DNA of 64,000 nt from Polyangiaceae bacterium (GTDB taxonomy: Bacteria; Myxococcota_A; Polyangia; Polyangiales; Polyangiaceae). Shown piece by piece: positions 58,526 through 64,000 of this stretch (the stretch's first letter is position 1; every line of letters begins with the position of its first letter). Location of the stretch: NCBI GenBank assembly GCA_044376115.1, contig JBILLK010000023.1, forward strand, positions 32,001-96,000, given 5' to 3'. The position numbers were made by a program, and so were the translations under genes. The notes below the pieces were generated by a model. That model was not told the DNA's origin and searched no databases. It saw nothing but the letters and a program-made list of their open reading frames with translations.

Positions 58526-59662
58526 ATGGGACAGCCGGATTCAACCAAGCGTCGAGCTTCGAAGGCTTCGCGAGCCGAGGTGAAGTCGGGCCCGCCGATG
58601 GTGGCAGCGGCGGATCGCAGACCGCCCACCACGCGCTATCAAGGCAGCAAATTGAGCCTGCTCGGCTGGCTGCGGGAGCACCTCGCGACGCTCGAGTTCG
58701 ACAGCGCCACCGACTTGATGTGCGGCACTGGATCGGTTGCGTATTTGCTCAAAAGCATGGGCAAATCAACACTGGCCAACGACGCCTTGCGCTCCAATTT
58801 TCACAGCGCGGAGGCCCTGGTCGAAAACTCCGACGCGCAGTTGACGAAGGGTCAAGTCGGCTCCTTGCTCGCGCCGTACGCGACCGATGAAGAGCAGCTT
58901 TCGATCGTCAGCAAGGAGTATGAGGGCGTATTTTTCCTCCCGGAGGAGAATCGATTTTTGGACAAAATCGTCCCGCGGATCTGTCGATTTTCCAGCTCAG
59001 CCAGTCGGGCCATTGCCTTTCATGCCTTGTTCCAGGCGTGCTTGATGAAGCGACCGTTCAATCTCTTCCACCGTAAGAACCTGCATCTGCGAACGGCGAA
59101 AGTCGCGCGCTCCTTCGGCAACAAGACCACGTGGGATCGCCCGTTCGAGGAGCTGTTCGAGCGCGCTGTTGGCGAGACCAACGCAGCGATTTTCGACAAT
59201 GGTCGAATCAACCGAGCGTCTTGTGCGGACGCCTTCGCGGTGCACGTGGCGACCGATCTGGTCTACCTCGATCCGCCGTATCTGCGCGCGAAAGGGAGCT
59301 CGTTTCGTTATGCCGACGCCTACCACTTTCTGGAGGGCCTCACCGATCACGCGCACTGGCAAGCGAAGATCGATCGCAGCAAGAAGCACCTGCCTTACGT
59401 GACAGCTCGCTCTGTGCTCGAGGATCGAAAGCACGGCGCCGACGCACTTTGCGAGCTGATCGAGGCGCAACGCAACGTTCAGGAAGTAGTGATCTCTTAC
59501 CGCAGCGCCGGGACCCCAAGCATCGAGGTGCTCGAGCGGCAACTGCGCGGTCAGCGCAGAGCCGTACGAGTGGTTCACAAAACCAACCGCTATGCGCTGG
59601 CGATCCAAGATTCGGCGGAAGTTCTTTTGCTCGGCTCTCGCCCCAGGAGAGTTCACGGGTGA
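58526..59662 (+). CDS. N6-adenine DNA methyltransferase (D12/FokI-like), apparently orphan
   Basis: RYQGSK, DLMCGTGSV (motif I), YLDPPY (motif IV), YHFLEGL. Confidence 0.88.
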   Translation: MGQPDSTKRRASKASRAEVKSGPPMVAAADRRPPTTRYQGSKLSLLGWLREHLATLEFDSATDLMCGTGSVAYLLKSMGKSTLANDALRSNFHSAEALVENSDAQLTKGQVGSLLAPYATDEEQLSIVSKEYEGVFFLPEENRFLDKIVPRICRFSSSASRAIAFHALFQACLMKRPFNLFHRKNLHLRTAKVARSFGNKTTWDRPFEELFERAVGETNAAIFDNGRINRASCADAFAVHVATDLVYLDPPYLRAKGSSFRYADAYHFLEGLTDHAHWQAKIDRSKKHLPYVTARSVLEDRKHGADALCELIEAQRNVQEVVISYRSAGTPSIEVLERQLRGQRRAVRVVHKTNRYALAIQDSAEVLLLGSRPRRVHG

Positions 59663-60435
59663 AGTCTCGCTTGGTGGCCATCGCGCTCCTCGCGCTCGTC
59701 AGCGGATGCAAGCGGAGACCTCCACCGGATCAGCTCGTGGAAGACGGCTGGTCCGAGGTGCGTGCCGAGCTCTTGAACGGCAAACACTGCTTTGCTGAGG
59801 ACCCCGCTTATTGCATCACCGAACCAAGCTACGTCGACGTCGCGATCAAGCGGAGGCTGGACGACCTCTACGGTGGCGAAATGCCGCTGCGGCGCGCCCA
59901 CGTGGAAGCCACCAAGCGTGCAGCCGCGATCGCCTATAAGAAGCTTCAGCTCGCTCCGGCCGGGCTCGCGCTGATCGAAGCGACGATCGAGGAGCGTTAC
60001 CTCGAACCGGTGGTCAAGCTCAGCGAGCAGTCGGTGCAGGTCGACTTCGGCGTAGTACCGGGCAAACTCTCAGGCCACGGCGGCTCCTTGGAGATAACGA
60101 TGGATTCGAGCGAGCTCGCGCCAGGCGGTGAGTGGCTCGAGTCAGAGGCCCAACGTGCGCTGGCCCGCTATGCCCAGAAACATCCCGACAAACCGTTGGT
60201 GCGGGTGACGGTGAAGGTACCGACGAGCACTGGACTCGGGTCGTACGCTTATCACTATCAGCGACCGCAAAGGCGCTTGGTGGTGGTGGAGCCGTCTCAA
60301 CGTTTGCGTTTTGCTCCCGTGCTGAGCGACGAACAGCTGCGCTCGATTCCGATGAAACTGGGCGCGCTCACCGTTTGCCAATCAAGGCCAAGCGATGCGC
60401 GAGTTCCCGAGTGCAAGGTCGATCTCGATCTTTGA
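59659..60435 (+). CDS. Hypothetical lipoprotein
   Basis: GTG after AGGAG; VSGC lipobox; GTGA overlap with the MTase stop. Confidence 0.7.
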   Translation: MKSRLVAIALLALVSGCKRRPPPDQLVEDGWSEVRAELLNGKHCFAEDPAYCITEPSYVDVAIKRRLDDLYGGEMPLRRAHVEATKRAAAIAYKKLQLAPAGLALIEATIEERYLEPVVKLSEQSVQVDFGVVPGKLSGHGGSLEITMDSSELAPGGEWLESEAQRALARYAQKHPDKPLVRVTVKVPTSTGLGSYAYHYQRPQRRLVVVEPSQRLRFAPVLSDEQLRSIPMKLGALTVCQSRPSDARVPECKVDLDL

Positions 60436-60491
60436 GCGGGCTTCAACTGCTCTCTGTTGAACGCTGTTGGCACTCGGACTACATCGTCGCC

Positions 60492-61340
60492 ATGGAGCGA
60501 GCACACCTTTCCGTCGCCTGCGTGATGACCCTTGCCATGGCCTGCCGTGGGGCACCGCCGGAGGTGGGAGCCACGCCCGACCCGCAACTCGAGTCGATGA
60601 TCAACCAGCAGGCCGAGTCCGCTGCGCCTGGTTCGGTCATGGTCAATGAGGCCCTGTTTCGCGGCGTCGCCTATGACCGCGGAGAGTTTCAGGACTTCCG
60701 CGTCGAGCTGGTGAAGGGCAATTGCTACGTGTTCGTGGCTGCCTCCGATCAAACCGCGACGGCGCTGCACCTATTTGTTTGGGATCCGGAAGACAAGAAG
60801 GTCGCCGACGACAAGTCGAAGACGCGCGAGGCGCTCGCTCAGACCTGCCCCAAGCAAACGGGGACCTACAAGGTGCAGGGTAAAATTGCACGCGGTGCAG
60901 GTCACTTCGCGATTGGCGTGTTCGGGAAGGAAGCCCCGGAGGGCGCTGTGGCGGAGGCCGAGCCGGAAGCTCCGAAGGAGCCGGAGAAGGTCAAACTCGA
61001 CCTCGAGAAGATCATTAGCGAAGAAGCAGGCGCCGTAGCCCCGGGCACCAAGCAGGTCGGCAATTTCTACAACGGGACCTCGGCCAAGAGTGAGTTCTTC
61101 GTCGAGCTCGAGAAGGGCAATTGCTACTGGTTCATCGGCGCAGCACAGGCCGAGGTGAAGGACTATTACATCTACCTCTGGGACGAACAGAAGCGCATCG
61201 GTGAGACCAAGGCGGAAGGCAACAAGGCTCAGCTGGGTCACTGCGTCAAAGAGAGCGGCATGTTCCGCGTGCAGATGAAGGTGGACGACGCCAATGACAC
61301 CGTGAAGCTCGGCATCTTCGGAAAGAAGCAGAAGAAGTGA
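60492..61340 (+). CDS. Lipoprotein with two tandem homologous beta-sandwich domains
   Basis: AMAC lipobox; VELxKGNCY...WD...C.K..G...VQ.K...G.FGK occurs twice. Confidence 0.78.
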   Translation: MERAHLSVACVMTLAMACRGAPPEVGATPDPQLESMINQQAESAAPGSVMVNEALFRGVAYDRGEFQDFRVELVKGNCYVFVAASDQTATALHLFVWDPEDKKVADDKSKTREALAQTCPKQTGTYKVQGKIARGAGHFAIGVFGKEAPEGAVAEAEPEAPKEPEKVKLDLEKIISEEAGAVAPGTKQVGNFYNGTSAKSEFFVELEKGNCYWFIGAAQAEVKDYYIYLWDEQKRIGETKAEGNKAQLGHCVKESGMFRVQMKVDDANDTVKLGIFGKKQKK

Positions 61341-61666
61341 GCACGGCCGAGGCGGACTTCGAGAAGGCGGCCGACGCGACGCTGCGCTCGCTGCGAGATC
61401 AACTGGACGCGCTCGAGCTCGACGCGGAGGTGGAACTTTCGATGGGCATCGTCTCGGTCGAGTTCCCCGACGGCGCCAAGTACATCGTGAATAGCCACCG
61501 CGCCGCGCGCCAGATTTGGGTCGCTGCCGAGCGCACGGCTTGGCACTTCGACCTTGTTGGCGCCGCCTGGGTGGCAGCCAAATCGAACGAGGAGCTTTTT
61601 GCGACGCTGGCTAACGTGCTGCGCAAAAAGCTCGGTCGTGAGGTCCCGCTCAAGAGCGCAACCTAG
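61337..61666 (+). CDS. cyaY: Iron donor protein CyaY (frataxin family)
   Basis: GIVSVEF..G.KYIVNSHRAARQIWVAA...HF. Confidence 0.9.
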   Translation: MSTAEADFEKAADATLRSLRDQLDALELDAEVELSMGIVSVEFPDGAKYIVNSHRAARQIWVAAERTAWHFDLVGAAWVAAKSNEELFATLANVLRKKLGREVPLKSAT

Positions 61667-61721
61667 CGAGCGCGACAGAGGCAACTGGCCAGACGACGCT
61701 GCAGCTTGCTACCATCGGCAG

Positions 61722-62621
61722 GTGAGGTCGTTCGGCTGGTTTACCGTGCTCGCGTTACTGGCCATGCCGGGCCGCGCGAGCGCCTATTGCTTCACCAGCA
61801 CCTGCAAAGGTTTGGACATCTGCGACAGCGTCGAGATCCCGGACTGCACGCCTATTCGCTGGAGTAGCAATTGCGTCGGCTTCGTCGTCAACGACGCTAG
61901 CAAAGCCGGACTATCCACGAGCGATATTGAGAGTGTCGCCAATCGCGCCTTCGCGCGCTGGCGCGCCTCGGATTGTGGGGACGGTGCACCGCCGGGATTG
62001 CACGTGGAGTACATGGGCTTGGTCTCGTGCGACGTAGCTGAGTACAACCGCGACGCCGGCAACGCGAATCTGATCACCCTCACTGACAACCCATCGAACT
62101 CGATCACCGGGCATACCTTCGCGCTGACCACCACCTCGTTCGATCCCAACACCGGCGAGCTGCTCACCGCCGACATTGAAATCAACGTGCGCGATCACCA
62201 GTTCTCGGTCGGAGACGACACGGTGGAAGTGGACCTGGAGGCGGTGCTTACGCACGAGATCGGCCACTTCTTGGGGCTCGGCCACTCCGACGCGATCGAC
62301 GCGACGATGTATCCCTTCTACGAGCCGGGAACGACCGAGATCCGCTCGCTCTCGAAGGACGACGAGTCAGGGATTTGCGTGCTCTATCCGCCCAATCGCG
62401 AGATCGACTCGACCTGCAACCCGCTGCCGCGCCACGGCTTCTCGCCCGAGTGTCGCAGCAACCAAACCGAAGGCGGCTGCGCGACCACGTCCTCGCCCGA
62501 GAGCAAGCTGGGCTCTGGCATCGTTTCGGCGTTGGCGCTGCTCGCGGGGGTTCGCCTTCGGCGCAAGGCTCGTCGAGGCGCAGTTCTACAGGGCGAAGCG
62601 CGCACCCGTTTGCGTAAATAG
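61722..62621 (+). CDS. Matrixin-family zinc metalloprotease with MYXO-CTERM-like tail
   Basis: Signal peptide; HEIGHFLGLGH, Met-turn ATMYP; GGC...hydrophobic...RRKARR tail. Confidence 0.88.
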   Translation: MRSFGWFTVLALLAMPGRASAYCFTSTCKGLDICDSVEIPDCTPIRWSSNCVGFVVNDASKAGLSTSDIESVANRAFARWRASDCGDGAPPGLHVEYMGLVSCDVAEYNRDAGNANLITLTDNPSNSITGHTFALTTTSFDPNTGELLTADIEINVRDHQFSVGDDTVEVDLEAVLTHEIGHFLGLGHSDAIDATMYPFYEPGTTEIRSLSKDDESGICVLYPPNREIDSTCNPLPRHGFSPECRSNQTEGGCATTSSPESKLGSGIVSALALLAGVRLRRKARRGAVLQGEARTRLRK

Positions 62622-63848
62622 CCCGATCGGCGTCACCCCGACCTGCAGGTCGATGAACAGCGAATCGGCGGGCCGAAAGGCGAAGCCGAACTGAGGCAGC
62701 GAAAGCCACGGGTAGACGGTGGGCCGAGTTCCGCCGTCCCCCCACCAGGGATCAGGCGCGCCGAAGCGATTGGCGTCCTTATCGAGCTGGTTGCAGTAGC
62801 GATAGCTGCCAGGCGGGTTGTTGGGCCCTTTGCACTTCTTGTAGTTCGCCGGGTCCCCCGGCTGCAGGTCCTCCGGGTAAGACTGCCAGCGATAGACCTC
62901 GCCGAAGAAACTCCAGCCGATGCCGAAGCCACCACCGATGCGGAACTCGACCGAGCCGCTATCGGTGATGGGAATGCGATAGAGGATGTCGAGCCCGAGC
63001 GTCATCGCCAGCAGATCGCTTTCGATCAGCTCCCATTCGGTGTCCGGGGTGCCCGCCGGTTTGAACGGGAAGGTGCCCGCACCCAAGCTGATAATCGAGA
63101 TGGAGGGCTCGAGATCGACTGACCCAAGCCGCTCGGAGTAGCGCACTTCCCCACCGGGGAAGAAGAAGGTCTGGCCGCCCTCTCCCAACGCGTTGACGAG
63201 GAATTGAGGCAGCAAGACCCCTCGCACTCCGAAGCCAAGCCAATGGGTGTTTGACTCGTCTTTCGGCGGATCGGAGGGCGGCGGCTTCTTGAGCGGAACC
63301 AGCGTCACCTTGAGCTCTTTGTCTTCGGCCTCGCTCGCCAAGACCGTGGCCTCGAAGTCGGCGAACCCCGCTGCGGTAACGGTAATTACCGTCTTTTCAT
63401 CGGGAGCGATGCGGAGCGGCTCGCTTGCGTCCTTGGTTACGCCGCCCACTAACAGCTCGAACGGCACCTCCGGAGTAACGGTGACCGTCACGCGAGGGAT
63501 GCGGGCGTCGAGACTTACGGCGTCGACCTTAGCCTGTGTGTGCGCTCGCCGGTCTTCCTTGGACCACGAGGAGCTGGGACTCTCAGCGGCTAGCGACTTC
63601 AAAATCTCGTGGGCGAGCAGCAGCTCTCCCAGCGCAACGTGACAGCCAGCGAGCGCTTGCGCCGTCACCGGACGATGCTGGCTACCTTCCGCGCTCTCGA
63701 GCACCGGCACAGCGGCAACACAGTCGCCCTCTTTCGCGAGCTTCAGCCCCTTTTTTGCGTCTTTTGAGAGCGGCTCAACCCCGGCCCAGACCACACCGGG
63801 AAGCACCAACAGCAGGCCGACGACGAGCCAGGCGCAACACGCGACCAC
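62586..63848 (-). CDS. Outer-membrane protein with TPR/PEGA-like N-terminus and C-terminal beta-barrel (start uncertain)
   Basis: Signal-like segment ending VWA, TPR-like helices, amphipathic strands; the longer ORF start (63965) overlaps a divergent gene. Confidence 0.7.
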   Translation of the reverse strand: MVACCAWLVVGLLLVLPGVVWAGVEPLSKDAKKGLKLAKEGDCVAAVPVLESAEGSQHRPVTAQALAGCHVALGELLLAHEILKSLAAESPSSSWSKEDRRAHTQAKVDAVSLDARIPRVTVTVTPEVPFELLVGGVTKDASEPLRIAPDEKTVITVTAAGFADFEATVLASEAEDKELKVTLVPLKKPPPSDPPKDESNTHWLGFGVRGVLLPQFLVNALGEGGQTFFFPGGEVRYSERLGSVDLEPSISIISLGAGTFPFKPAGTPDTEWELIESDLLAMTLGLDILYRIPITDSGSVEFRIGGGFGIGWSFFGEVYRWQSYPEDLQPGDPANYKKCKGPNNPPGSYRYCNQLDKDANRFGAPDPWWGDGGTRPTVYPWLSLPQFGFAFRPADSLFIDLQVGVTPIGLFTQTGARFAL

Positions 63849-63954
63849 GAAGCGCAGAGTGCGCGGCAGCCGCGGACGCTGAGCTTCAGACGGGGCTAAC
63901 CAGGGAGATGAAGTGGTAAACGAGGGCGAAATTGGGTTAACCTGCGCCCCTTCG

Positions 63955-64000
63955 ATGGCTGACACCGCACACGACCGCCCGCGAGTTCTCGTGGTCGACG
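63955..64000 (+). CDS. 5' end of a receiver-domain (response regulator) protein, truncated by the window
   Basis: MADTAHDRPRVLVVD. Confidence 0.65.
   Translation, partial: MADTAHDRPRVLVVD

Noticed and set aside
57460..58890. 476-aa plus-strand ORF
   Set aside because: Antisense to the DUF1592 gene and out of frame with the methyltransferase; no motifs
58526..60435. Complete restriction-modification system
   Set aside because: The overlapping downstream gene is a lipoprotein, not a nuclease

Overview
High-GC bacterial chromosome segment, most likely from a myxobacterium (Myxococcota, probably Polyangiaceae/Sorangiineae). The evidence is a TIGR02266-type PilZ-like protein, a MYXO-CTERM-like tail, Gly-rich lipoproteins, a DUF1552/DUF1592 pair, Hanks kinases and PilB/PilT. 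Core genes (pruA, pilB, pilT, lexA, aspC-like, mlaF/mlaD, recJ, secF/secD/yajC, thrS, infC, uppS, cyaY; tRNA-Val(CAC), tRNA-Val(GAC), tRNA-Arg(TCT)) are interspersed with many envelope proteins of unknown function. I saw no CRISPR array, integrase, transposase or rRNA. Best candidates for undescribed systems: (1) an operon coupled to infC encoding a DUF3570-type outer-membrane barrel, three heme-c-motif lipoproteins (two with CX4CH) and a downstream membrane pseudokinase; (2) a five-gene module with an FHA protein, an active Ser/Thr kinase, two paralogous Cys-rich lipoproteins and a TPR protein with an apparently inactive caspase-like N-terminus; (3) a secreted collagen fibre paired with a small lipoprotein; (4) a cytochrome c / copper-monooxygenase fusion lipoprotein; (5) a recurring TANNNT -10 box 6-8 nt upstream of start codons, suggesting frequent leaderless mRNAs. 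All family assignments come from motif recognition by eye; no database searches were run.
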